A stretch of DNA of 64,000 nucleotides from Candidatus Deferrimicrobiaceae bacterium (GCA_963792415.1 CAWBVY010000001.1:160001-224000); one strand, 5' to 3'; shown: positions 20,029 through 30,021, counted from the stretch's first letter. A program made the numbers and translations. The notes: generated by a model not told the origin, from the letters alone.

Positions 20029-20814
20029 ATGCCCTGGGTCGTCCACTCCACTGTCCCCTATCCCATGCTGAAGGAGCCGGGAACGCCGCGAATGCTGTCC
20101 GACGCGGGCGTCGGGCCGGAGGTCTACTTCTCGGGGGCGACCCTGGACGCGATCACCCCGGGCGAGGCGGAATCCGTCGCGGAGACGCTGCGGGACGCGG
20201 GGATCCGCTCCCTGTCGTTCCACGCCCCTTTCGAGGACGTGTGGCCCGGGGCGCGCGACGAGGAGGCACGGCGTTTCGCCGTGCGGCGGATCGAAGGCGC
20301 GATCGCGCTCGCCCCGGTCTTCCGCCCCGTCGGGATCGTTCTCCACGGCGGGTATTACGACTGGCTCTTCGACTTCCAGCCGGATAAGTGGTTCGCCCCG
20401 GCCCGGCGCTCGTTCGGGGAACTCGCCGAAGCGGCGGAAACGGCGGGGACCGACCTGTACGTGGAGAACGTCTTCGACGAGATCCCCGACCACCTCCTCC
20501 GTCTGCGGGAGGCGGTGGGCTCTCCCCGCCTCCACTTCTGCTTCGACCCGGGGCACGCGACGCTCTTCTCCCGTCTGCCGGTCCAGAAGTGGGCGGAGGC
20601 GCTCGGGGAGGGAATCCGTCTGATGCACGTGCACGACAACCGGGGACAGCGCGACGATCATCTTCCGGTGGGCGAGGGAGGGATCAACTTCCGGGGGGTG
20701 CTGCTGGCGGTGCGGGACGCCGGGGTCCGCCCGATCCTCACGGTGGAACCGCACCGCAAGGAACATTTTGCGCGCAGCGTGGCGGGGCTTCGCGCGATCC
20801 TCGCGACGATCTGA
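20029..20814 (+). CDS. sugar phosphate isomerase/epimerase (xylose-isomerase-like TIM barrel)
   Basis: HAPF, ENVF, FDPGH, HVHDN...DDHLP metal motifs. Confidence 0.85.
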   Translation: MPWVVHSTVPYPMLKEPGTPRMLSDAGVGPEVYFSGATLDAITPGEAESVAETLRDAGIRSLSFHAPFEDVWPGARDEEARRFAVRRIEGAIALAPVFRPVGIVLHGGYYDWLFDFQPDKWFAPARRSFGELAEAAETAGTDLYVENVFDEIPDHLLRLREAVGSPRLHFCFDPGHATLFSRLPVQKWAEALGEGIRLMHVHDNRGQRDDHLPVGEGGINFRGVLLAVRDAGVRPILTVEPHRKEHFARSVAGLRAILATI

Positions 20815-20835
20815 CCCTCACGCGTTCCCGACTAA

Positions 20836-20997
20836 GTGCAGCGTCTCGCAAATACCCTGGCATTCGAGCGTCGCTGCATCCGCTCCAGCTGCGTTGCGCT
20901 CCTTGCGCCGTACTTCACAGTACGCCTCAGTCGCGCGCCTTGCTGGCGCGGCGCATCGACACTCTCGATGCGTCAGGCTATTTGCGAGACGCTACAC
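20836..20997. mobile_element. ~162-bp palindromic MITE/REP-like element, copy 2
   Basis: GTGCAGCGTCTCGCAAATA...TATTTGCGAGACGCTACAC, flanked by CTAA and TAG; between convergent genes. Confidence 0.8.
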
Positions 20998-21339
20998 TAG
21001 GTAGTCGAGCGCCTCCTTTTCCGTCTCGAAGGAACGGACGTATTTCGCCAGCCCCGTCACGCGGAAAAGTTCACAGTTGATCCGGCTCAACTCGCAGAAG
21101 GCCATCCGGCCTTCCCGCTCCATCACCTTTTCAACGATCCCGATGACGAACGAGATCCCGATGCTGTTCACGAGCCGCGTACCCTGGAAGTTCAGCAGGA
21201 TCCGGCGGCCTCCGTCGTCGAGCCTCGCGCGGACCACCTTCTCGACCTCCTCGCCCAGCAGGTTGTTCAGGTACCCGCCGACGCACACCACCAGGGTGTC
21301 TCCCTCTTCGCGTATCTGGATCGTCGTGTGTGAAGACAT
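20992..21339 (-). CDS. STAS-domain anti-sigma factor antagonist (RsbV/SpoIIAA-like)
   Basis: 115 aa, ILLNF..TRLVNSIGI phospho-Ser loop, FRVTGL; coupled to upstream RsbW-like domain. Confidence 0.85.
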   Translation of the reverse strand: MSSHTTIQIREEGDTLVVCVGGYLNNLLGEEVEKVVRARLDDGGRRILLNFQGTRLVNSIGISFVIGIVEKVMEREGRMAFCELSRINCELFRVTGLAKYVRSFETEKEALDYLV

Positions 21340-23648
21340 CAGCGCTCCCCGGGGGACGCGGATCCCCCCTCCCCCTGCGTGACGGTCCCGGGATTCGCAG
21401 GATCCCCCCCGAGATGCATCATCATGTGGACGACGGTGCCGTCGGGCCCCGTAATGATCTCAACGTCGTCGACCAGTTCCCGGATCAGCTTCAGTCCCCA
21501 TCCCCGGTTCTTCTTCGACTCCTCGGGCGTCTTCCCCGCCCGGAACCCCTTGCCGTCGTCCTGCACGAAAAGTTCGATCTTGTCGGGGGAGAGCAGGTAC
21601 CGCAGCCGGACCTTCCCCGAATCGGAGGCGCTGTGCTCGAAGGCGTTGATGCACGCCTCGATGATCGCCATCTTGATGCGGTCCACGGTGTCGGCGTCGA
21701 CGGCGGCGAAGGCCGCGACCTCTTCCGCCACCCGCGCCGCGACCACTTCGGAGTCTGCCTTGATCGGCAGGACCAGTTCGTACTCCAGCGTCTTCCCTGG
21801 ACGCGTCGCCTCGGGGCCGGGGGAGCGGGCGGGCTCGGGCTCCCGCTCCAGTTCCTCGAGCCCGAAGAGGTTGAGGAAGAGCCGCAACTGCGTCGGGTGG
21901 GACAGGTGGATGCCGTACCGCGACGCCAGGTCGACCGCCGCGGGGTCCGTCGTCTCGTTGATGATCATCCACTTCCGGAGCCGGTCGTGCGGCAGCCCCT
22001 TCTCGAGCGCCAGGAGCCGGCACCGGTTCTCGAAATGTTCGACGGCGCGGGCGCCGAGGTTCTTCTCGACCGCCGCGTCGACCGCCCAGATGACGAGGTT
22101 CTCCTCCGAGAAGTCGCTGTCGAGGAACCCGTACGCGACCAGGTCGAAGTCGAAGCGCGGCCCCCCCCGACTCGCGCGGTACCCCGTCGAGACGGAGGAG
22201 ACCTTTGGCAGCCGGACCCGCACCGCTTCGCGCTCCATCCCGATGACGACCTCGAGCAGTCCCTTCCCGCCGAACTTTTCGCGGAACATCCCGAAGTCGA
22301 GGAGCAGGAGCGGCACCTCCCGCAGGTCCCACTTCCGCATCAACTCCTTCACGATCGCGACGCGACGCGCGTGGTCGCCGTTCTGCCCCGGCTCCGGCTC
22401 CGTGTGGGAGAGCCGCGCCTGCACGATCGCCGCCGCCACCTGCGACGTCCCCTTCCCGAGGACGCCGCGCTCGAACGCCCAGTACAGGAAATCGGCCAGC
22501 ACCGGGTCCCCCAGGAACGTGAGTTGATCGAGGTCGGCCTTCAGGAGCCCCTTGAATTCAAGGGCGGAGAGGATCGCCTCCCCCTCCTCCTCGGAAGATC
22601 CCATCAGGGAGATCGCGCCCTCCACCGTGTCGAGCGGGAACCGGTCGCAGAGGATGCGCTTGAGGAAGCGGATCGCCCGCCCTCGCTGCGCGCGGTCCGG
22701 GAAGGTGTTCTCGAAGAACTCCCTCCAGTACCGGTTGAGCTTCCCCTCCGTGACGGAGACCGCGTACAGATTCTCCAGGGTGACCGCGTCGGGGACCGTC
22801 GCCCCCTTGAAGAAGATCTCTTCCACGAGCATCCGCTGGTAGGTCGGGATCCCGCCGAGCCGCTCGGAGGCGCGGGGAAGGAGGGACGCCGGGATATCGA
22901 CACGGCGCCGGTCGCACAGGTGCCCCCACAGACGGACGGAGGAGGCGGTCGAGAGCCCTCCCACCTCGATCATCTGGAAGGTGCCGAAGAGCCCCTCGCG
23001 TTTCAAGGACGCGGTGACGCGGCCGGGGGAGGAGCCCGAGAGGAACATCGGGAAGTGGCCGGACTTGATGTAGGGGCGAAGGATGGAAAGCATCGCCCCC
23101 TCGGGCACGGCCTGGAGTTTCCCCGTATACTGGAAGTCGTCGAAGAGAAATACCGGGTAGAAGAGCTCCCCCGAGGCCGAGAACGGAAACGAGAGGGCGT
23201 TCACGAGCGCGGAGAGTCCGTCCCCCTCGGCGGTGCACCGCTCGTGGGCGGCGAGAACCTCCCGGCACCCCGTGACCCCGAAGGAGGCCAGGCGGTCGCA
23301 CATCGCCGCGGGGTCGAAGGCCGAAGGGCTCGCGTCCCCGAGGAACCGGAGCAATTGCGACAGAAACTCCTGCAGGAAATGCTGGGAGAGCGCCAGCGGG
23401 TGCGAGAGGATCTGGCTGAAGGAAAAGTAGAGCGGGAACGGGCGGGGAAGCCCTTCTCCGCCGGCGAATGCCCCCAGCACCTTCGCCAGTTTGAGGAGCA
23501 GCGACGTCTTGCCGATGTTCGGAGGTCCGTAGATCATGAAGGAGGAGCCGATGCCCCGGCTTCCCTCCAACGCCGCGCGCGTCAGGGCGGAGAGTTCTTC
23601 CTCGCGCCCGAAAAAATCTTCTTCCCGAAAGGACGTCTCCGCCCCCAT
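21339..23648 (-). CDS. P-loop ATPase (archaeal-ATPase/STAND-like) fused to C-terminal RsbW-type kinase
   Basis: FFGREEEL, GPPNIGKT, FLFDDFQ; C-terminal EACINAFEH, DDGKGF, RGWGLKLIRELVD. Start may be upstream (ORF to 23717). Confidence 0.8.
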   Translation of the reverse strand: MGAETSFREEDFFGREEELSALTRAALEGSRGIGSSFMIYGPPNIGKTSLLLKLAKVLGAFAGGEGLPRPFPLYFSFSQILSHPLALSQHFLQEFLSQLLRFLGDASPSAFDPAAMCDRLASFGVTGCREVLAAHERCTAEGDGLSALVNALSFPFSASGELFYPVFLFDDFQYTGKLQAVPEGAMLSILRPYIKSGHFPMFLSGSSPGRVTASLKREGLFGTFQMIEVGGLSTASSVRLWGHLCDRRRVDIPASLLPRASERLGGIPTYQRMLVEEIFFKGATVPDAVTLENLYAVSVTEGKLNRYWREFFENTFPDRAQRGRAIRFLKRILCDRFPLDTVEGAISLMGSSEEEGEAILSALEFKGLLKADLDQLTFLGDPVLADFLYWAFERGVLGKGTSQVAAAIVQARLSHTEPEPGQNGDHARRVAIVKELMRKWDLREVPLLLLDFGMFREKFGGKGLLEVVIGMEREAVRVRLPKVSSVSTGYRASRGGPRFDFDLVAYGFLDSDFSEENLVIWAVDAAVEKNLGARAVEHFENRCRLLALEKGLPHDRLRKWMIINETTDPAAVDLASRYGIHLSHPTQLRLFLNLFGLEELEREPEPARSPGPEATRPGKTLEYELVLPIKADSEVVAARVAEEVAAFAAVDADTVDRIKMAIIEACINAFEHSASDSGKVRLRYLLSPDKIELFVQDDGKGFRAGKTPEESKKNRGWGLKLIRELVDDVEIITGPDGTVVHMMMHLGGDPANPGTVTQGEGGSASPGER

Positions 23649-23743
23649 GGTGCCGAAAAGACGCAAGTACCCCACCCTCCTTCGGGATAATGTAACGTGA
23701 ATCCGATGCGTTTTCAAAAATATAATGGGATTTTCTGAAGGAC

Positions 23744-26233
23744 ATGCGCGAAATCCCCCCCTCCATCCGGAAGCCGTCGAGATATAGCGGCGGCGAAGTC
23801 CGTCCTCCCTCCATCGCGTGGGACGCGGCGCGCGTGCGCGTGCTGCTCGCCTTTCCCGACGTGTACGAGATCGGGATGTCGCACCTCGGGATCCTGCTCC
23901 TGCGCGAGATCCTCTCGGCGCGGCCCGGCACCCTCTGCGATCGGGTCTTCGCCCCCTGGGCCGACTACGAGGAGCACCTCCGCGCCGCCGGCCTGCCCCT
24001 CGCCTCGCTCGAATCGGGGCGGCCCGCCGGGGCGTTCGACCTCATCGGATTCTCCCTGTGCTACGAACTCACCTACACGAACGTCCTCGCGATGCTCGAC
24101 CTTTCCGGGATCCCCCTCCTGTCGAAGGACCGATCGGAGGAGCACCCCCTCGTGGTGGCCGGCGGCGTCTGCACCCTGAACCCCGCTCCCGTGGCCCCCT
24201 TCTTCGACGCCCTCCTCGTCGGGGACGGCGAGGAAGCGGTGCTCGAGATCGTCGCACTCGTCGAGGAACGGAAAAAGGAGGGCGGATCCCGCGGGGATCT
24301 CCTCTCGCGGCTCTCGCGGATCGAGGGGGTGTACGTCCCGGGGATCTCCCGCCGGGTGGCGAGGCGCGTCCTCGCGGATCTCAACCGTTCCCCTCTGCTG
24401 CCGGCCCCGATCCTCCCGGCGATGCGTGTCGTCCACGACCGCCTGAGCGTCGAGATCTCCCGGGGATGCACGAGGGGGTGCCGCTTCTGCCAGGCGGGGT
24501 ACGCCTATCGGCCGGTGCGGGAGCGGGACCCGCTCGCCCTGCTGCGGTACCTCCAGGAGGAGGCGCCCAAGACGGGATACGACGAGGTGGGGCTCCTGTC
24601 GCTGTCCGCCGCCGACTACAGCTGCGTCGACCGGCTCGTCACGGAGGCGATGGATGCGCTCGCTCCTTCGAACGTGTCGCTCTCCCTCCCCTCGCTTCGC
24701 CTGGACGCGTTGCGGGAGAACACGGTCCGGCAGATCCGGAAGGTTCGCAAGTCGGGCTTCACCCTCGCGCCGGAAGCGGGGACTTCACGGCTGCGTCGAT
24801 CGATCAACAAGGAGATCCCGGACGACGACGTGCTGAAGACGGCCGAGTGGATCTTCGGGAACGGCTGGCAGACCCTCAAGCTCTACTTCATGGTCGGCCT
24901 GCCCGGGGAGACGGCGGACGACGTCCGGGCGATCGGGGCGCTGGCCGGCCGGGTCGCCGCGATCGCGCGTCGCCACGGAAAGCGCGCTTCCGTGACCGTG
25001 AGCGTCTCCGCTTTCGTTCCGAAGCCGCACACCCCGTTCCAGTGGGAGCGCCAGATCGGACGCGAGGAGATCCAGGAGCGGATCCGCCTGCTCCGTGACG
25101 CGCTTGGGCGGAACCGGCACGCGGAGGTGAAGTTCCACTCCCCGGAGACCTCCGCGCTCGAGGGAGTCTTCTCGCGGGGGGACGACCGGCTGCCGGGAGT
25201 GATCGCGCGGGCGTTCCGGAACGGCGCGCGGTTCGACGCGTGGACGGAGGCGTTCCGACCCGACGCCTGGAAGCGGGCGTTCGAGGAGGAAGGGGTCGAC
25301 CCGCTCGAATACCTGCGGGAACGCGACCCGCGGAATCCGCTCCCGTGGGAGTTCGTGGACGCCGGGATCGACCGGGAGTTCCTCCTCTCCGAGCGGGAGA
25401 AGGCCCGCGCGGGGGAGACGACGCCCGATTGCCGCGCCGCGGGCTGCTCCTCCTGCGGGGCGTGCCCCCCGGGGCTGTCGAACATCACGTACCCCGGACG
25501 GCTCGGGGAACCCGCGGTGACCGACGAGGAGGGCGAACGCGCCCCGCACCCGCCGGCGTCCGCGCAGCGGCACATCGTGCGCCTCTCCTACGCCAAGGAG
25601 GGTCCGGCGAAATATCTGAGCGGCCTGGAGATCCAGTCGTTGTGGGGACGCGTCTTCCGGCGGGCCGGCCTGCCGCTGGCATACAGCCAGGGGTTCAACC
25701 CTTCCCCGAAACTCTCCCTCTCCCCCGCCCTCGCCGTGGGCGCGGAGAGCGACGCCGAGTTTCTCGAGGCCGAGTTCACCCTCCCTGTCCCGGCCGCGGA
25801 GGTGCCGAGAAAGCTTGCCCCGCACCTCCCCGCGGGGATCCGCGTCACCTTTGCTTCGGGCGTCCCGCCGGGCTCCCCCCGGCTGTCGGACTTCGACATC
25901 GCCTCCGACTGGATCCTGCGTCCGGTCCCGCCGTTTCCCTTGCCCGAAGGGATCACACCGAAGCTGGTCGCGGAGCGCCTCGCCGCGTTCCACGCGTCGG
26001 AGCGGCACCCGCTCGTCCTCGCGCGGGAAGACCGGACCACCGAGATCGACCTGAAGCCGATCGTTCGCACGTTCGGGGTGAACCCGGACGGCATCTCCAT
26101 TACAATCATCCAGGGCACAGGAAAGGGCGTCCGTCCGCTGGAGGCCGCCGCCTCCCTCCTGGGGGCGCCGCTATCCCCCGAGGGAATCCTTCCGAGAAAG
26201 GTGTCGGCGGAACTGATCCCCCGCCGCGGGTAG
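23744..26233 (+). CDS. B12-binding radical SAM protein fused to radical SAM-linked domain (TIGR03960/TIGR03936-like)
   Basis: FPDVYEIGMSHLG, CTRGCRFC, KPHTPFQW; C-terminal AYSQGFNP.P; conserved location before rng. Confidence 0.9.
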   Translation: MREIPPSIRKPSRYSGGEVRPPSIAWDAARVRVLLAFPDVYEIGMSHLGILLLREILSARPGTLCDRVFAPWADYEEHLRAAGLPLASLESGRPAGAFDLIGFSLCYELTYTNVLAMLDLSGIPLLSKDRSEEHPLVVAGGVCTLNPAPVAPFFDALLVGDGEEAVLEIVALVEERKKEGGSRGDLLSRLSRIEGVYVPGISRRVARRVLADLNRSPLLPAPILPAMRVVHDRLSVEISRGCTRGCRFCQAGYAYRPVRERDPLALLRYLQEEAPKTGYDEVGLLSLSAADYSCVDRLVTEAMDALAPSNVSLSLPSLRLDALRENTVRQIRKVRKSGFTLAPEAGTSRLRRSINKEIPDDDVLKTAEWIFGNGWQTLKLYFMVGLPGETADDVRAIGALAGRVAAIARRHGKRASVTVSVSAFVPKPHTPFQWERQIGREEIQERIRLLRDALGRNRHAEVKFHSPETSALEGVFSRGDDRLPGVIARAFRNGARFDAWTEAFRPDAWKRAFEEEGVDPLEYLRERDPRNPLPWEFVDAGIDREFLLSEREKARAGETTPDCRAAGCSSCGACPPGLSNITYPGRLGEPAVTDEEGERAPHPPASAQRHIVRLSYAKEGPAKYLSGLEIQSLWGRVFRRAGLPLAYSQGFNPSPKLSLSPALAVGAESDAEFLEAEFTLPVPAAEVPRKLAPHLPAGIRVTFASGVPPGSPRLSDFDIASDWILRPVPPFPLPEGITPKLVAERLAAFHASERHPLVLAREDRTTEIDLKPIVRTFGVNPDGISITIIQGTGKGVRPLEAAASLLGAPLSPEGILPRKVSAELIPRRG

Positions 26234-26237
26234 AACG

Positions 26238-27767
26238 ATGCAGAAGGCAAGCAAGCTGATCGTTTTGAACGCCGCGCCGTACGAGACGCGCGTGGCGACG
26301 CTCGAATCCGGGATCCTCGTGGAACTGCTGATCGAGCGGGGCGAGGACCGAAACTCCGTCGGCAATATCTACAACGGAAAAGTCATCCGCGTCCTCCCCG
26401 GGATGCAGGCCGCCTTCGTCGACATCGGGATGGACAAGGCGGGGTTCCTCTTCGCGGGGGACTTCGTCACCCCGCAGCTCGAATTCGACACCGACCCGAC
26501 CGAGGAGCCGGTACTGCCCGAGGATATCGGGATCCGGCCCGCCCGGTTTCCCCAGGACACCTTCATTCCGCCGATCGAGGGGCTCATCCGGGAGGGGCAG
26601 CACCTGCTCGTACAGGTGGCCAAGGAGCCGCTCGGGACGAAGGGGGCGAGGATCACCAGCCACATCTCTCTCCCGGGGCGTCACCTGGTGCTCCTCACGT
26701 GGTCCTCCCACATCGGGATCTCCCGCAGGATCGAGGACCTGGACGAGCGGGACCGGCTGTCGAAGATCGTGGAAACGATCCGTCCCGAGGGGATGGGCGC
26801 GATCGTGCGTACGGCGGCCGAGGGGCGGTCGGAGGCGGAACTGAAGGCCGACATGGATTACCTCGTCCGGCTCTGGGAGACGATCCGGAAGAAGAGCGAA
26901 AACACCGCGGCTCCCGTGCTGATCCACCGGGAGCTCTCCCTATCCCTGCGCGCCGTGCGGGACCTGTTCTCCTCGGAGAGCGACCGGATCTCCGTCGATT
27001 CGCAGGAGGAGTACGACCGGATCCGCTCGTTCGCCTCCCAGTTCTTCCCCCGCATCCAGGACCGGATCGAGCTGTTCGCCGGTCCGGAACCGATCTTCGA
27101 CCATTTCGGCATCGAGATCGAGGTCACCCGGGCGCTCGACAAGAAGGTGTGGCTGAAAAGCGGGGGCTACATCGTGATCGAGCAGACGGAGGCCCTCACC
27201 GTGGTCGACGTGAACACGGGGAAGTACGTCGGACGGTCGTCGCTCGAGGAAACCACCGCGAAGATCAATCTGGAAGCGGTAAAGGAGATCGTCTACCAGC
27301 TCCGGCTGCGCAACATCGGCGGCATCATCATCATCGACTTCATCGACATGAAGAGCGAGGAGAACCGCGAAAAGGTGTACAACGCCCTCGTGGAAACGCT
27401 TCGCGCCGACCGAAGCAAGACGACGATCTGCAAGATCTCCGAGCTGGGTCTGGTCGAGATGACCCGGAAGCGGGTCCGGGAGAGCCTGGGGCGATCGCTG
27501 TCCGACGCCTGCCCCTACTGCTCCGGCGAAGGGGTCATCAAGTCGAAGAAGACGATCTGCTACGACGTGTTCCGGGCGCTCGAGCGGCAGGCCCTGATCC
27601 TCTCCGGGAAGCAGGTGTCGCTCTACGTGCACCCCGCGCTGGCCGAGGAGCTGTTCGGCGAGGAGCGCCGCTTCCTCGAGATCCTCGAGCAGCGGTACGG
27701 GATGAAGGTGAACATCTCCGCCTCCGACAAGTACCACATCGAGCAGTACCGCATCGAGCCCTGCTGA
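26238..27767 (+). CDS. rng: ribonuclease G (Rne/Rng family)
   Basis: GNIY.GKV.RVLPGMQAAFVDIG, IEQTEALTVVDVNTG, LRNIGGIIIIDFIDM. Confidence 0.95.
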   Translation: MQKASKLIVLNAAPYETRVATLESGILVELLIERGEDRNSVGNIYNGKVIRVLPGMQAAFVDIGMDKAGFLFAGDFVTPQLEFDTDPTEEPVLPEDIGIRPARFPQDTFIPPIEGLIREGQHLLVQVAKEPLGTKGARITSHISLPGRHLVLLTWSSHIGISRRIEDLDERDRLSKIVETIRPEGMGAIVRTAAEGRSEAELKADMDYLVRLWETIRKKSENTAAPVLIHRELSLSLRAVRDLFSSESDRISVDSQEEYDRIRSFASQFFPRIQDRIELFAGPEPIFDHFGIEIEVTRALDKKVWLKSGGYIVIEQTEALTVVDVNTGKYVGRSSLEETTAKINLEAVKEIVYQLRLRNIGGIIIIDFIDMKSEENREKVYNALVETLRADRSKTTICKISELGLVEMTRKRVRESLGRSLSDACPYCSGEGVIKSKKTICYDVFRALERQALILSGKQVSLYVHPALAEELFGEERRFLEILEQRYGMKVNISASDKYHIEQYRIEPC

Positions 27768-27798
27768 CGCGGCTGACGCACCCGCGGGGAATTCCGGC

Positions 27799-27827
27799 TT
27801 GACGATCCCCCCCGGGCTCCCTATATT
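27799..27827 (+). promoter_or_regulatory. sigma70 promoter of tRNA-Thr
   Basis: TTGACG-17 nt-TATATT, ~30 nt before the tRNA. Confidence 0.7.
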
Positions 27828-27858
27828 TGTTACCTCACGGTTTCACGCTTCCCGCCTG

Positions 27859-27933
27859 GCCGGCGTAGCTCAGTGGTAGAGCAGCTGATTCGTAATCAGC
27901 AGGTCGTCGGTTCAATCCCGACCGCCGGCTCCA
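27859..27933 (+). tRNA. tRNA-Thr(CGT)
   Basis: GCCGGCG/CGCCGGC acceptor stem, TAGCTCAGTGGTAGAGC D arm, CTGAT-TCGTAAT-CAG anticodon region, GGTTCAATCCC T arm, encoded CCA. Confidence 0.97.
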
Positions 27934-27969
27934 CGAAATAACCAATCAACTCAAAGCGATGCTCGTTTC

Positions 27970-28001
27970 GCCTCTCTCGGGTGATTCGGCCCGAGAGGGG
28001 C
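27970..28001 (+). terminator. hairpin downstream of tRNA
   Basis: GCCTCTCTCGGG-tgattcgg-CCCGAGAGGGGC followed by TT. Confidence 0.45.
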
Positions 28002-28430
28002 TTGGTTGCGCTGGGGTCGCGGATTTCCCGCCCGTGGTCCGCCATTCCGCGTCGTCGAAACGGGTCACTGCCTCGCGATTTCCGCCTGGTATCAGGCGAC
28101 CGCAGGTATTCACGGTGATCTGTGTGGAGTGATGCCCCATCTGCTCCTTGACGTAGGCCGTAGACTCCCCGTTCCGGATGAGTCACGAGGCGAAGGGGTT
28201 CCAGAGGTCGTGGAACAGAATCCGCCGAAGCCCCCGACTTCTTCAGGCACAGGGCGGGAGACCGTCTCGCATTCATCGCGTCGAAAACCGTCCCGTCGAC
28301 GGGGGGAACACCCACTCGGGGAGCGCGCGGCCCGCCTTGATCGCCTCCTCCGCGACGGTGCCCTGGCGACCGGACAGGACCGTCGTCAGTTGGTCCCAAA
28401 TGTCCACGCGCCGTCCCTTGGCTGAAAGTC
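27990..28430 (-). pseudogene. tyrosine integrase C-terminal remnant
   Basis: Across frameshifts: KGRRVDI...PEWVFP / ...CLKKSG / LRRILFHDLWNPFAS*LIRNGESTAYVKEQMGHHSTQITVNTCGRLIPG. Box II HxxR and catalytic Tyr are altered; internal stop. Confidence 0.85.
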
Positions 28431-28443
28431 CACGAACACGATA

Positions 28444-28626
28444 TTGGCTACCACAACAGATTCATCAGGAAACCCCATGAGTCAAGCGTGGTCTTTCACG
28501 GCTTCAAGTTCTCCAAGCACGTTGAATATCACATCGACCACGGCGCCGAACGGGATGGTTGAAACTGCGTACAAGAACACAGACGGGACCACAGTTACCC
28601 TCGCATCCACAGTCGGGACGAGGTAA
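28444..28626 (+). pseudogene. fragment of Thr/Ser-rich surface (Ig-like) protein
   Basis: WSFT and LNITSTTAPNG.V..AY resemble bacterial Ig-like repeats; truncated. Confidence 0.3.
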
Positions 28627-28800
28627 CATAATCAAATGTGAATGTAGCACACACAATAAACTCAAAATTGAATTTATAACCAAGAGTCTTATGGAATAAA
28701 GAAACATAACTGGTTGATACTTAAAGATTGCAAAAAATGGCATACAAATTGCTGGTTTAACAATGATAATAATTCGAGGGAGATCGATAAATTGAAAACG

Positions 28801-30021
28801 ATGCATAATTTCAGGATTATTAAGTTTATCTGCATCTTATCCATTATTTATTCAACAAATTTATCGCTGGCGGCTGATGTGACCAAGGCTCCGACTCCTC
28901 CAACCGGGCTCAAGATCGGGATGGATTCCATACCGTACGATCCCGGCTATCCGTATCCTCCAAGCACCACCATTGCCTCCCTCACCTGGGATTGGTCGAG
29001 CCTTGAAATAAGCGGAGCGGGATCGGACCTGTGGCATATCGCGTGGACGACGGACGGGTACGTATATACGGCGTGGGGCGACGGAGGTGGCCCAAATGTT
29101 CCAAGTGACGACGGCGTCGTGTGCCGCACCCACATGGGCATTGCGCGAACTTCCAGTACCCCTCCGGGGCTGTCGTGGTCGAACCGATGGGGATGCAAGG
29201 CCGACGGAACCGGCTGTCAGGATTGGGGGCAACTGTGGCACGCCGCTTCCTGCGACGCTCCCTATGGCGGGTCGCTGTCTGATTACGGAGTGCCGGAGGT
29301 ACTGTTCGCCGTAAACAACAGGGTGTACGTCATCTCATCCATACAAGGCGTGACCGAAGCAAAAATATCCTACTCCGACGACGGTGCGGCATCATGGACC
29401 ACCGCCAGTTGGGTGTGGGGTACCACCACGGGAGGATTTCATCCGTCAGGATTCGTCACGTACGGCGCGGGCAACGCAGGGGCGCGTGACGGCTATGCGT
29501 ACCTCATGGGAGGAAAGGTCGGCGACATCAAGGGCATCTATATGGCGAGAGTGCCCATCGGTGAACTGATGACGAAGGGAAGTTACCAGTATTTCACCGG
29601 GACGTCATCGTCCCCTTCTTGGGGCACATGGGAGAACGCCACCCGCATTCATTACGATGCAAGCCGGAAAGGACCCACGGACGGTCCGGGATTGTACAAC
29701 TACGTGACGTCGAGAATGACGTACTTCCCCGTGATCAATCGATACATCCTGATGACGAACGGCGGCGACATCGGTATGTTGCGCGTCTACGAGGCTCGGG
29801 AACCTTGGGGGCCGTGGAATACAGTCTACTACAGCGACACCTGGGGCAACTTCGGACCCACTCACGCGCTTTACTACAACGTCATTCCGAAGTTCACGAG
29901 TTCGGACAATAAGACCTTCTGGATGACGTTCTCCGCAGGCGGCGGGCCGGTGGACTACGATAAATATCACCTCATCAAGGGAACTTTCACCCTTGCGGCT
30001 GACCTGCCCCCTGAAAGATGA
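28801..30021 (+). CDS. secreted beta-propeller protein (DUF4185-like)
   Basis: Signal peptide, GSDLW..W..DG..YTAWGDGGG, DGYAY, IYMARVP, YEAREPWGPW, IPKF.S.D. Confidence 0.7.
   Translation: MHNFRIIKFICILSIIYSTNLSLAADVTKAPTPPTGLKIGMDSIPYDPGYPYPPSTTIASLTWDWSSLEISGAGSDLWHIAWTTDGYVYTAWGDGGGPNVPSDDGVVCRTHMGIARTSSTPPGLSWSNRWGCKADGTGCQDWGQLWHAASCDAPYGGSLSDYGVPEVLFAVNNRVYVISSIQGVTEAKISYSDDGAASWTTASWVWGTTTGGFHPSGFVTYGAGNAGARDGYAYLMGGKVGDIKGIYMARVPIGELMTKGSYQYFTGTSSSPSWGTWENATRIHYDASRKGPTDGPGLYNYVTSRMTYFPVINRYILMTNGGDIGMLRVYEAREPWGPWNTVYYSDTWGNFGPTHALYYNVIPKFTSSDNKTFWMTFSAGGGPVDYDKYHLIKGTFTLAADLPPER

Noticed and set aside
28635-28656. CRP-like box AAATGTGA...CACA
   Set aside because: Spacing and second half-site do not fit TGTGA-N6-TCACA.
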